DNA of 64,000 nt, taken from the NCBI GenBank assembly GCA_032718475.1, contig JAUCBJ010000608.1, forward strand, positions 1-64,000, written 5' to 3'. The position numbers and the translations under genes are program-made. Each line of letters opens with the position of its first letter. Position 1 is the first letter of the stretch. The notes beneath the pieces were generated by a model, which searched no databases, was not told the DNA's origin, and saw only the letters and a program-made list of their open reading frames with translations. Below are positions 22,402 through 34,500 of the stretch, piece by piece. The stretch is from Nemertoderma westbladi. Its lineage: Eukaryota > Animalia > Xenacoelomorpha.

Positions 22402-24852
22402 GTGAGTCATTCTAACTGGAAAGGCCGGAAAGTGAGTCATTCTAACTGGAAAGGCCGGAAGGTGAGTCATTCTAACTGGAAAGGCCGGAAGGTGAATCAT
22501 TCTAACTGGAAAGGCCGGAAGGTGAGTCATTCTAACTGGAAAGGCCGGAAGGTGAGTCATTCTAACTTAAATGCCGAAAGGTGATTCATTCTAACTGGAA
22601 AGGCCGGAAGGTGAGTCATTCTAACTGGAAAGGCCGGAAGGTGAGTCATTCTAACTGGAAAGGCCGGAAGGTGAGTCATTCTAACTGGAAAGGCCGGAAG
22701 GTGAGTCATTCTAACTGGAAAGGCCGGAAGGTGAGTCATTCTAACTGGAATGGCCAGAAGGTGAGTCATTCTAACTGGAAAGGCCGGAAGGTGAGTGATT
22801 CTAACTTGAATGGCCGACAGGTGAGTCATTTTAACTGGAAAGGCCGGAAGGTGTGTCATTCTAACTGGAAAGGCCGGAAGGTGAGTCATTCTAACTGGAA
22901 AGGCCGGAAGGTGAGTCATTCTAACTGGAATGGCCAGAAGGTGAGTCATTCTAACTGGAAAGGCCGGAAGGTGAGTCATTCTAACTGGAAAGGCCGGAAG
23001 GTGAGTGATTCTAACTTGAATGGCCGACAGGTGAGTCATTTTAACTGGAAAGGCCGGAAGGTGTGTCATTCTAACTGGAAAGGCCGGAAGGTGAGTCATT
23101 CTAACTGGAAAGGCCGGAAGGTGAGTCATTCTAACTTGAATGGCCTAAAGGTGAGTCATTCTAACTGGAAAGGCCGGAAGGTGAGCCATTCTAACCGGAA
23201 AGGCCGGAAGGTGAGTCATTTTAACTGGAAAGGCCGGAAGGTGAGTCATTCTAACTGGAAAGGCCGGAAGGTGAGTCATTCTTACTGGAAAGACCGGAAG
23301 GTGAGTCATTCTAACTGGAAAGCCCGGAAGGTGAGTCATTCTAACTTGAATGGCCGAAAGGTGAGTCATTCTAACTGGAAAGACCGGAAGGTGAGTCATT
23401 CTAACTGGAAAGGCCGGAAGGTGAGTCATTCTAACTGGAATGGCCGAAAGGTGAGTCATTCTAACTGGTAAGAACGGAAGGTGAGTCATTCTAACTGGAA
23501 AGGCCGGAAGATGATTCACTCTAACTGGAAAGGCCGGAAGGTGAGTCATTCTAACTGGAAAGGACGGAAGTTGAGTCATTCTAACTGGAAAGGCCGCAAG
23601 GTGAGTCATTCTAAGTGGAAAGGCCGGAAGGTGAGCCATTCTAACCGGAAAGGCCGGAAGGTGAGTCATTTTAACTGGAAAGGCCGGAAGGTGAGTCATT
23701 CTAACTGGAAAGGCCGGAAGGTGAGTCATTCTAACTGGAAAGGCCAGAAGGTGAGTCATTCTAACTGGAAAGGCCGGAAGGTGAGTCATTCTAACTGGAA
23801 AGGCCGGAAGGTGAGTCATTCTAACTTGAATGGCCGACAGGTGAGTTATTCTAACTGGAAAGGCCGGAAGGTGAGCCATTCTAACCGGAAAGGCCGGAAG
23901 GTGAGTCATTTTAACTGGAAAGGACGGAAGGTGAGTCATTCTAACTTGAATGGCCTAAAGGTGAGTCATTCTAACTGGAAAGGCCGGAAGGTGAGCCATT
24001 CTAACCGGAAAGGCCGGAAGGTGAGTCATTTTAACTGGAAAGGCCGGAAGGTGAGTCATTCTAACTGGAAAGGCCGGAAGGTGAGTCATTCTAACTGGAA
24101 AGACCGGAAGGTGAGTCATTCTAACTGGAAAGCCCGGAAGGTGAGTCATTCTAACTTGAATGGCCGAAAGGTGAGTCATTCTAACTGGAAAGACCGGAAG
24201 GTGAGTCATTCTAACTGGAAAGGCCGGAAGGTGAGTCATTCTAACTGGAATGGCCGAAAGGTGAGTCATTCTAACTGGTAAGAACGGAAGGTGAGTCATT
24301 CTAACTGGAAAGGCCGGAAGATGAGTCACTCTAACTGGAAAGGCCGGAAGGTGAGTCATTCTAACTGGAAAGGACGGAAGTTGAGTCATTCTAACTGGAA
24401 AGGCCGCAAGGTGAGTCATTCTAAGTGGAAAGGCCGGAAGGTGAGTCATTCTAACTGGAAAGGACGGAAGGTGTGTCATTCTAACTGGATAGGCCGGAAG
24501 GTGAGTCATTCTAACTGGAAAGGCCGGAAGGTGAGTCATTCTAACTGGAAAGGGCGGAAGGTGAGTCATTCTAACTGGATAGGCCGGAAGTTGAGTCATT
24601 CTAACTGGAAAGGCCGCAAGGTGAGTCATTCTAAGTGGAAAGGCCGGAAGGTGAGTCATTCTAACTGGAAAGGACGGAAGGTGTGTCATTCTAACTGGAA
24701 AGGCCTGAAGGTGAGTCATTCTAACTGGGAAGGACGGAATGTGAGTCATTCTATCTGGAAAGGCCGCAAGGTGAGTCATTATAAGTGGAAAGGCCGGAAG
24801 GTGTGTCATTCTAACTGGAAAGGCCGGAAGGTGAGTCATTCGAACTGGAAAG
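22386..24852 (+). repeat. 30-bp tandem array (about 82 units) spanning the LRRC9 exon 3 splice donor
   Basis: The unit CTGGAAAGGCCGGAAG|GTGAGTCATTCTAA equals the last 16 nt of the exon plus the first 14 nt of the intron. Confidence 0.97.
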
Positions 24853-25012
24853 ATCGATAATATATGTCTACATATATGTATATACATGTATATACATATA
24901 TGATAATACATGTTTGAAATATATTTTGTCCCTTATCGCGACAAATGGCTTCTTTTGATTCGTTGACGTTTATAATATACAGGAGTTGCCATACATTGCA
25001 TTATCTGGTGCG

Positions 25013-25150
25013 TGTGGGTTGTTTTACCTATGGATAGTTTTAACTTATATGTTGTGTGGGTTGTTTTACCTATGGATGGTTTTAACTAATATGTTGTGTG
25101 GGTTGTTTTACCTATGGATGGTTTTAACTTATATTTTGTGTGGGTTGTTC
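25013..25150 (+). repeat. 42-bp tandem repeat, about 3.3 copies, in LRRC9 intron 3
   Basis: TGTGGGTTGTTTTACCTATGGATGGTTTTAACTTATATGTTG recurs. Confidence 0.85.
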
Positions 25151-25744
25151 TGGTATACCATATCTTATAAACGGACGGGACTGACATACAAGTCTAGAAC
25201 TCCATCTTGAATAATTATTGTTAATTTTTTTTTTATTGTGGTATGTGTTGTTTTGCTCTATGGTATTGATCGTTATTTCTACCTCTTTTTGGTTTATATT
25301 GGGTTTTCTGGGGCGCTGAATGCTATAAAACATGTTGTAGGTAGGGTCACTCAGGTCTGCGTAGGGTTACTTTTCGGCCCCACCTCAATGGCGAAAATAA
25401 CTAACTTGTAATTGTCGTGCAGCACCGATTCCCGTTAAGAAGCCTAACCAAAATTTAAACCGTTGGAAAATGAAAAATGTAACCATTGAATTCAACATTC
25501 AGGAAAACCTAGTAGTTGACATTATTATCGACCAATTCTGGTATTTATTTTTTGTTTTTTTCGTATGCGAAAAAGCTATCCAGGAGCTTTTTGGTAAAAT
25601 TCATACATCTTTATTGAATTTCGAAGGGCAGGTTGTCAAAATGACCCCCCCCCCCCCCCGAGTGGTTTCCGTATGTAATGGATAATGTAAATATTTATTG
25701 TATCACAACAGTTTTCTGTTCGACCTAATCGTTAATGCTAAATA

Positions 25745-26387
25745 TCTGTAACTCTGTATTGCAGGTCTTCCCAGTCTCACGGAAGTGTCTTTAGTTAACA
25801 ACCCAGTTTCTGTAACTCTGTATTGCAGGTCTTCCCAGTCTCACGGAAGTGTCTTTAGTTAACAACCCAGTTTCTGTAACTCTGTATTGCAGGTCTTCCC
25901 AGTCTCACGGAAGTGTCTTTAGTTAACAACCCAGTTTCTGTAACTCTGTATTGCAGGTCTTCCCAGTCTCACGGAAGTGTCTTTAGTTAACAACCCAGTT
26001 TCTGTAACTCTGTATTGCAGGTCTTCCCAGTCTCACGGAAGTGTCTTTAGTTAACAACCCAGTTTCTGTAACTCTGTATTGCAGGTCTTCCCAGTCTCAC
26101 GGAAGTGTCTTTAGTTAACAACCCAGTTTCTGTAACTCTGTATTGCAGGTCTTCCCAGTCTCACGGAAGTGTCTTTAGTTAACAACCCAGTTTCTGTAAC
26201 TCTGTATTGCAGGTCTTCCCAGTCTCACGGAAGTGTCTTTAGTTAACAACCCAGTTTCTGTAACTCTGTATTGCAGGTCTTCCCAGTCTCACGGAAGTGT
26301 CTTTAGTTAACAACCCAGTTTCTGTAACTCTGTATTGCAGGTCTTCCCAGTCTCACGGAAGTGTCTTTAGTTAACAACCCAGTTTCT
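25745..26387 (+). repeat. 64-bp tandem array (10 apparently identical units) spanning the LRRC9 exon 4 splice acceptor
   Basis: The unit TCTGTAACTCTGTATTGCAG|GTCTTCCCAGTCTCACGGAAGTGTCTTTAGTTAACAACCCAGTT equals 20 nt of intron plus 44 nt of exon. Units start at 25745+64n. Confidence 0.97.
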
Positions 26388-26822
26388 CGTCGAATGGTCC
26401 ATAGACCTATCCTTGTGTTCAGGATTCCTCAACTGAAAATATTAGACGGAATAGTTATTTCCGAAGAGGAACGCCAGAGGGCGCAACTTTATTTCTCGGA
26501 GCAAAACGTCGGCCCCTCCTTTGAATCCCCTCCACCTTCGTTGCCAGGGTTACAACACCAGCAGCATCATTCAACCTCCAACCCCTCGCACAACCAACCA
26601 ATCAGAGTGACCAGCGTGCAACTAGGTTCCCAACCGGGCACTCATTGGCCAGCGGCGTCGGGGCCAATTAACCGCAATCTGATTGGCTACCCGCAGTCCA
26701 CCCAGGCCTTCTATCTCAACCTCCCGCGTACTGGCAGGGATGCGAGTTCTAAAAATAACCACGTGAATCATTACGAACCCGGAACAGAGATACAGAGAAA
26801 CCAGAGACCGCGTAAATATTAA
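26341..26822 (+). CDS. LRRC9: LRRC9 terminal coding exon 4
   Basis: The phase-1 join gives ...ERLE-G-LPSLTEVSLVNNPVSRRMVHRPILVFRIPQLKILDG (final LRR plus LRRcap). Total CDS is 4272 nt, i.e. 1423 aa plus stop. AATAAA lies near 26936. Confidence 0.87.
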
Positions 26823-27544
26823 TTTTTAATACTGTATCTGCAATTTATTTTTATTAAATTAACTAATTTTTTTTAATACTACAAAGTTTTTTTATTTGAT
26901 ATTTTCTTATTTACAAAAATGAATTAATTTCAATTAATAAAATTTATTTAATTTAGCATTAAGTTAATATAATAATTCATATGCAAATACTATTTTTTAT
27001 TTATTTGTGTGGAATTAATTTTGCACTACCAAATCGCCAGGCCGACATATTTTCTAACTTTATATCGCAGTGCGACATTATTTCTCAGTATGTCCGTCCC
27101 TACGCGTTTACTATGTATTTTCAGTATATCCAATATATCCAGTATGTCACCGCGTTATTATTAGGTTGTTCTAGAAAGTGTAAGTGCATAACTACTAATA
27201 ATTCCTCACAAATAAATAAGATTAGATTATTATTGCCTTCGTCATGTACAATTCAAATTAATAATAATATTGTAAGTAATAAATATTACTGTTTTGCTAA
27301 AGTTTGTTCCGACTTCTTCTTAAAGTTATTATTCACACATTATTCAAATATTATGTTCTGGAATGGTTTTGTCGAAATTCCAATTACAATTAACTATCTC
27401 ACGGCAGTAATGGATCTTTCATAATCTTAAGCGGTGACCGGATCGGGTCTATGAGTGTTTCATTCCCCGATCACAATCCATGAAGTTTTTGCACTGGTAT
27501 AATAGACCAAGGGTAGGGCACACTTTGCACACATAGGTATACAG

Positions 27545-28663
27545 TTGGGTGTGCCGGATATCCGGATTTTGAGAAAAAAAATCCGGTTCCGGCTCCGGCC
27601 GGATTTCAATTTTTTGGCCGGATTTCAATTTCAACGAAATGTTGACAAAATTTACAATTAATGTGAATTTAACAAAAAAACATCAAAATAATTTTCTTTT
27701 AAATTGAACCAAATTTAAACATAAGCAAATACAATGCAATACAAAACAAAACAATGATTTTCATAGTTTGTATCAAATTCATTCATCTTATGAATTATGA
27801 TAAAGTCTAAAGCAGAGCTATTATTTTATGACAATCAACATGCTGAGCTGACTGACTACTTTTTACCAAGAATATTTGTGTTTGGTTGGCTCACTAACAG
27901 TTAATATATAATAAATAGTACATGATGCCCATATACTAATCATAACTACTGTAATCAATAATTATTATAGTTTCCCAGCGCGCAAGCTTTGATGTTAGCT
28001 CCAGGTATTGTTATAAATTGAGATTAAGCTACAACCGTGAATGACCTGTTTATATATTCGACAGGCAATTTAGAAACTCTTAGTAAATCCAATTTAACTC
28101 AGAAAGTATAAAAAACTACAGCAATTGTTACTTCGTTCTATTTTTCAATTTGCAATTTATTTATCAAATCAATCCATTACGGTATATCAAATCGTCGTAG
28201 GTTATGGTACAAAAATATTAGTTTATCTTCGCGATCAGGAAGTAGACGAGAGCGTTTCTCATCAAATACATTACCAACCTCTACAAATATTCGCTCGGAA
28301 TAAATTGAAGACGCTGCACGCTGGTGATACTAAATATATGTACAAGTATTTGTAAATTAGGAAACGCTCTTCTCGTCCCGTTTAGTTAGGATAATTGACA
28401 TACATATCTACTTCTAAATTCATAATATTATAAAGTCAAATTCCTTATCATGACCTTGTTGATCATGATCCAGCACGTTATCTATCGACGCAGTACCTAA
28501 CGCCCAAAGGATCATATGACGTGGTACCCTCCCTCCCTCCAGTTCTGTTCATGCATAAAGGTACCATACAGCCGATTCAAGTAAAAAAGTAGTCGTATAT
28601 AAAAAATCCAGCTTTGGCCGGCTGGTTTGAAAGTTTGAAAATAGTCAATCCGGCACATCCCTA
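27545..28663. mobile_element. Possible hAT-like MITE
   Basis: Imperfect TIRs (TTGGGTGTGCCGGAT... / ...ATCCGGCACATCCCTA) with subterminal CCGGA repeats. The TSD is not clean. Confidence 0.45.
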
Positions 28664-28679
28664 GTATAGGCCTTGCCTA

Positions 28680-29370
28680 CATAAAGTAAGGCAGGTATGG
28701 CAGCCTAAATAGGTCTTTAAAATACCTGAGTGTTTAAAGCTCATCTATCCCATCATATTAGACATGTACCGAACAACAAGAGTCCCACAAGAAATGAAAA
28801 CAAATAAGTTGGTGCCAGTTCCCAAGAAGGGCAACCTAACACTCTATGGTTCTTTTCGGGGAATCTCATTGATCTCGATTGCTGCAAAGCTATACAATAG
28901 AATTCTATTAAATCGCATCAGGGATCCCATTGAGAGACTGCTCCGTGGAAATCAGAATGGTTTCCGTAAGGTCGTGGGACCAAGGAGCCCATTTTGGCAC
29001 TTAGAAGGATAATTGAAGAGTTATCAAAAATAAAAAAGAAAGACAGGCATCTGGCTGTTATCTTTGTTGACTTCTTCAAGGCCTTTGATTCAGTCTCTCG
29101 GTCACGTATGTTCAGCATACTTTCATTATATGGGATTCCTGATGAAATTATTGCAGCAATCAGATCAGTATACGATGGTTCGACAACATTTGTGTCTACT
29201 GTTGACGGTGACACAGAACCATTTGAAGTGTTATGGGGCGTCCCCCATTTATGGGGCGTCCCCCATTATGAACAAGAATGGTGCAAGTGTGTCTCCCACA
29301 CACTTGCACCATTCTTGTTCATAATTGTGGTTGACAATGTTCAACGCATGTCCTTAGATCATCATAATGC
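28680..29370 (+). mobile_element. Degraded RTE-type LINE reverse-transcriptase fragment
   Basis: Frameshifted pieces VPVPKKGNL...FRGISLISIAAKLYNRILLNRI...NQNGFR and IFVDFFKAFDSV...TLAPFLFIIVVD. Confidence 0.85.
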
Positions 29371-29674
29371 TTATTATTATTATTATTATTTTATTATTTA
29401 ATCACAAATGTTTAAAACAGAGGAGAAAAACATATGGTATTAAAAAACAACTAGGTTATTGCACGAGTATAAACAGGTACAAGGGAACACTTACAGTTGT
29501 CGCCCCTCAATAAGACACAGATAGAATTGGTATGACGAATATGGCACAAAATATGAAATAAAAATAAAAACAGACTCATATTAAAAAACAGACAAAATCA
29601 ATGAATCAAAAAATGATGATGGGGTGATGATAACTCCACCTACTGGCTCCAGAAGTCGAGGAAATCCTGCTGTT

Positions 29675-30105
29675 AAAAATATCGAGTGTTGAAAAATATC
29701 GAGATGAAAAATATCGAGAGTAAAAATTCGAGTGTTGAAAATATCGAGAGTAAAAATATCGAGTGTTGAAAAATATCGAGAGTAAAAATTCGAGTGTTGA
29801 AAATATCGAGAGTAAAAATATCGAGTGTTGAAAAATATCGAGAGTAAAAATATCGAGTGTTGAAAAATGTCGAGTGTTGAAAAGTATCGAGAGTAAAAAT
29901 ATCGTGAGTAAAAATATCGAGTGTTGAAAAATATCGTGTGTTGAAAAATATCGAGTGTTGAAAAATATCGAGTGTTGAAAAATATCGAGTGTTGAAAAAT
30001 ATCGAGAGTAAAAATATCGAGTGTTGAAAAATGTCGAGTGTTGAAAAGTATCGAGAGTAAAAATATCGAGAGTAAAAATATCGAGTGTTGAAAAATATCG
30101 AGTAT
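29675..30105 (+). repeat. AAAAATATCGAG(TGTTG/AGT) minisatellite with 15-17 bp units
   Basis: Directly visible. It is the same family as 38668-39240, in the opposite orientation. Confidence 0.9.
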
Positions 30106-30109
30106 GACT

Positions 30110-30392
30110 TAGTATGTCGTTCGCACGACTGAGTAAGTCGTTCGCACGAGTTACTATGTCGTTCGCACGAGTTAGTTAAGTCGTTCGCACGACTTACTTA
30201 GTAAGTCGTTCGCACGAGTTACTATGTCGTTCGCACGAGTTAGTTAAGTCGTTCGCACGACTTACCTAACTCGTGCGAACGACATCGTGCGACGTGCTTA
30301 CTCGTCTTAGTAAGTAGTTCGCACGACATACTAAGTCGTTCGCACGAGTTAGCGAAAAATTTTTTTTTCTCATGTCCCTTTAGGGGCTCCGT
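30110..30392. repeat. GTCGTTCGCACGA-based short-unit array with an inverted copy, probably the end of a non-autonomous DNA element
   Basis: About 10 copies of GTCGTTCGCACGA, including an inverted copy (TCGTGCGAACGAC near 30271). The array ends in CATGTCCCTTTAGGGGCTCCGTA. Confidence 0.6.
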
Positions 30393-30530
30393 AGTCTAAA
30401 GTTTAGCAATTTATATAATTATGAAATGTATAGTATAATCAACATTGCACTATAAACAGCACACTACACGAATTTTAGCTATGGTCGGAGATCTGACTAG
30501 ACAACTACTGTATCTTCCTTTATTATTATT

Positions 30531-30748
30531 CTAATTCTCCGCTTTTCTTGTTGTTATTTCATTGAGTTTTAGCATGGAATCTTTCTTGTGTAGTTCGATA
30601 TTTGGTTTTTGTACTAGTTGTGGGCTGTTACCAACGTCCACTACAACACACGGAACCATTGTCTCCTTGGTTCCCTTTCTGTCTCGTCGTTTATTTACAG
30701 TGTAATTACTCCGGGTTCGCTGTATCAAATCGAATCGTCTGCGTCGAC
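30531..30748 (-). CDS. Prokineticin-receptor-like GPCR, terminal exon (cytoplasmic tail)
   Basis: Acceptor CTAATTAACGCAG|GT at 30749/30748. Phase 1 matches the upstream donor and enters the frame of ORF 30531-30728 (GRRRRFDLIQRTRSNY...RKAEN*). Confidence 0.7.
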
Positions 30749-31511
30749 CTGCGTTAATTAGTTAATATAATAATAGATTCGTACATATAGCTAATTCATA
30801 ATATCGTTACCTTTTTTTTGCGAAATGACGTTTAAGACAATTTATTAGAAATCAGTTTCTAAATGTACAGTATTTTATTAATTTATTTAAAACTAGAAGT
30901 TATTATATTAAAATACTACTAGGCTGAGCTGTGAAACGTCTTTTTACGTTTTCCCTATTTGTTATTATATTTTCACGTAGCTTTTTTTGGTATTTGAAAG
31001 AGTCTGTCTCTGCAACCGACACCATAAAAACATACCGGTTGTCACCAAGTTAATGTTTTAGAAAATTATATTTTCCTTTCCATATTCTGTTATTTCGATC
31101 CCCCCCCCCCCCCCCCCCCCCCCCCCGTTTGTAAAATCTACGTCGTAAGCCGACAGCCGTACAATAATTATTGTGAACAAAATTGAAACTGTATAACTAC
31201 ATTCTTGTTTATTGATTTGGATACTACTGTAGCTCTGCTATTGCTATATGTAGTATCCAGTGCAATGTTTTTCAAACTTTGATATACGGTTTACTTTCGT
31301 TATGTGCATTGTTCATATTTTATGGAAATAATGGAAAGGAAATTATTAAATTGAATTGAATTGAATATTGATTTGGTTATGCCATTGTAACCGGTTACCT
31401 TCCCTAAACGTAAGGTACGATTTGTGGCTGTTGTCGCCTGAAAGCTTTCAGGGTAGCATTTACACACATTGAACCCTTCAGAATGCAAATGACATCATAT
31501 GCCCCACTCAT

Positions 31512-34500
31512 AGAGCCCCACTATTACAAACCTCGTTCTCTATCTCCCTGTACCAGTAACAGAGTTCCACTACTACTAACCCCATTCTCTCTCTCCCCGT
31601 ACCAGTAACAGAGCCCTACTATTTCTAACCTCGTTCTCTCTCTCCCCTTACCGGTAACAGAGCCCCACTACTACTAACCTCGTTCTCTCTCTCCGTACCA
31701 GTAACAGAGCCCCACTACTACTAACCTCGTTCTCTCTCTCCCCTTACCGGTAACAGAGCCCCACTACTACTAACCTCGTTCTCTCTCTCCGTACCAGTAA
31801 CAGAGCCCCACTACTACTAACCTCGTTCTCTCTCTCCCCGTACCAGTAACAGAGCCCCACTACTACTAACCTCGTTCTCTCTCTCCCCTTACCGGTAACA
31901 GAGCCCCACTACTACTAACCTCGTTCTCTCTCTCTCCCCGTACCAGTAACAGAGCCCCACTACTACTAACCTCGTTCTCTCTCTCCCCTTACCGGTAACA
32001 GAGCCCCACTACTACTAACCTCGTTCTCTCTCTCCGTACCAGTAACAGAGCCCCACTACTACTAACCTCGTTCTCTCTCTCCCCGTACCAGTAACAGAGC
32101 CCCACTACTACTAACCTCGTTCTCTCTCTCCCCATACCGGTAACAGAGCCCCACTACTACTAACCTCGTTCTCTCTCTCCCCGTACTGGTAACAGAGCCC
32201 CACTACTACTAACCTCGTTCTCTCTCTCTCCCCATACCAGTAACAGAGCCCCACTACTACTAACCTCGTTCTCTCTCTCTCCCCGTACCAGTAACAGAGC
32301 CCCACTACTACCAACCTCGTTCTCTCTCTCCCCGTACTGGTAACAGAGCCCCACTACTACTAACCTTGTTATCTCTCTCCCCGTACCAGTAACAGAGCCC
32401 CACTACTACTAACCTCGTTCTCTCTCTCCCCGTACCAGTAACAGAGCCCCACTACTACTAACCTCGTTCTCTCTCTCCCCTTACCAGTAACAGAGCCCCA
32501 CTACTACTAACCTCGTTCTCTCTCTCCCCATACCGGTAACAGAGCCCCACTACTACTAACCTCGTTCTCTCTCTCTCCCCGTACCAGTAACAGAGCCCCA
32601 CTACTACCAACCTCGTTCTCTCTCTCCCTGTACTGGTAACAGAGCCCCACTACTACTAACCTTGTTATCTCTCTCCCCGTACCAGTAACAGAGCCCCACT
32701 ACTACTAACCTCGTTCTCTCTCTCCGTACCGGTAACAGAGCCCCACTACTACTAACCTCGTTCTCTCTCTCTCCGTACCGGTAACAGAGCCCCACTACTA
32801 CTAACCTCGTTCTCTCTCTCCCCATACCAGTAACAGAGCCCCACTACTACTAACCTCGTTCTCTCTCTCTCCCCGTACCGGTAACAGAGCCCCACTACTA
32901 CTAACCTCGTTCTCTCTCTCTCCCCATACCAGTAACAGAGCCCCACTACTACTAACCTCGTTCTCTATCTCCCCATACCGGTAACACAGCCCCACTACTA
33001 CTAACCTCGTTATCTCTCTCCCCGTACCAGTAACAGAGCCCCACTACTACTAACCTCGTTCTCTCTCTCCCCGTACCGGTAACAGAGCCCCACTACTACT
33101 AACCTCGTTCTCTATCTCTCCCCATACCAGTAACAGAGCCCCACTACTACTAACCTCGTTCTCTCTTTCTCCCCGTACCGGTAACAGAGCCCCACTACTA
33201 CTAACCTCGTTCTCTCTCTCCCTGTACCGGTAACAGAGCCCCACTACTACTAACCTCGTTCTCTCTCTCTCCCCATACCGGTAACAGAGCCCCACTACTA
33301 CTAACCTCGTTCTCTCTCTCTCCCCGTACCGGTAACAGAGCCCCACTACTACTAACCTCGTTCTCTCTCTCCCTGTACCGGTAACAGAGCCCCACTACTA
33401 CTAACCTCGTTCTCTATCTCTCCCCATACCAGTAACAGAGCCCCACTACTACTAACCTCGTTCTCTCTCTCTCCCCGTACCAGTAACAGAGCCCCACTAC
33501 TACTAACCTCGTTCTCTCTCTCCCTGTACCGGTAACAGAGCCCCACTACTACTAACCTCGTTCTCTCTCTCTCCCCATACCAGTAACAGAGCCCCACTAC
33601 TACTAACCTCGTTCTCTCCCTCTCCGTACCGGTAACAGAGCCCCACTACTACTAACCTTGTTATCTCTCTCCCCGTACCAGTAACAGAGCCCCACTACTA
33701 CTAACCTCGTTCTCTCTCTCCCCGTACCAGTAACAGAGCCCCACTACTACTAACCTCGTTCTCTCTCTCCCCTTACCGGTAACAGAGCCCCACTACTACT
33801 AACCTCGTTCTCTCTCTCCCCATACCGGTAACAGAGCCCCACTACTACTAACCTCGTTCTCTCTCTCCCTGTACCGGTAACAGAGCCCCACTACTACTAA
33901 CCTCGTTCTCTATCTCTCCCCATACCAGTAACAGAGCCCCACTACTACTAACCTCGTTCTCTCTCTCTCCCCGTACCAGTAACAGAGCCCCACTACTACT
34001 AACCTCGTTCTCTCTCTCCCTGTACCGGTAACAGAGCCCCACTACTACTAACCTCGTTCTCTCTCTCTCCCCATACCAGTAACAGAGCCCCACTACTACT
34101 AACCTCGTTCTCTCTCTCTCCCCATACCAGTAACAGAGCCCCACTACTACTAACCTCGTTCTCTCTCTCTCCCCATACCAGTAACAGAGCCCCACTACTA
34201 CTAACCTCGTTCTCTCTCTCTCCCCGTACCGGTAACAGAGCCCCACTACTACTAACCTCGTTCTCTCTCTCCCTGTACCGGTAACAGAGCCCCACTACTA
34301 CTAACCTCGTTCTCTCTCTCTCCCCATACCAGTAACAGAGCCCCACTACTACTAACCTCGTTCTCTCTCTCTCCCCATACCAGTAACAGAGCCCCACTAC
34401 TACTAACCTCGTTCTCTCTCTCTCCCCGTACCAGTAACAGAGCCCCACTACTACTAACCTCGTTCTCTCTCTCTCCCCATACCAGTAACAGAGCCCCACT

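Noticed and set aside
22402-24840. Dozens of AP-1 sites (TGAGTCA) as an enhancer array
   Set aside because: The motif is largely dictated by the donor consensus GTGAGT plus two bases, and there is no independent evidence of function.
22378-24911. Long repetitive ORFs (SHSNWKGRKV)n and (MTHLPAFPVR)n
   Set aside because: They are by-products of a 30-bp unit lacking stops in some frames. They are out of frame with LRRC9 and broken by sporadic stops.
22386-26387. CRISPR-like appearance of the 30-bp and 64-bp arrays
   Set aside because: The units are head-to-tail with no unique spacers, there are no cas genes, and the context is a spliceosomal intron.
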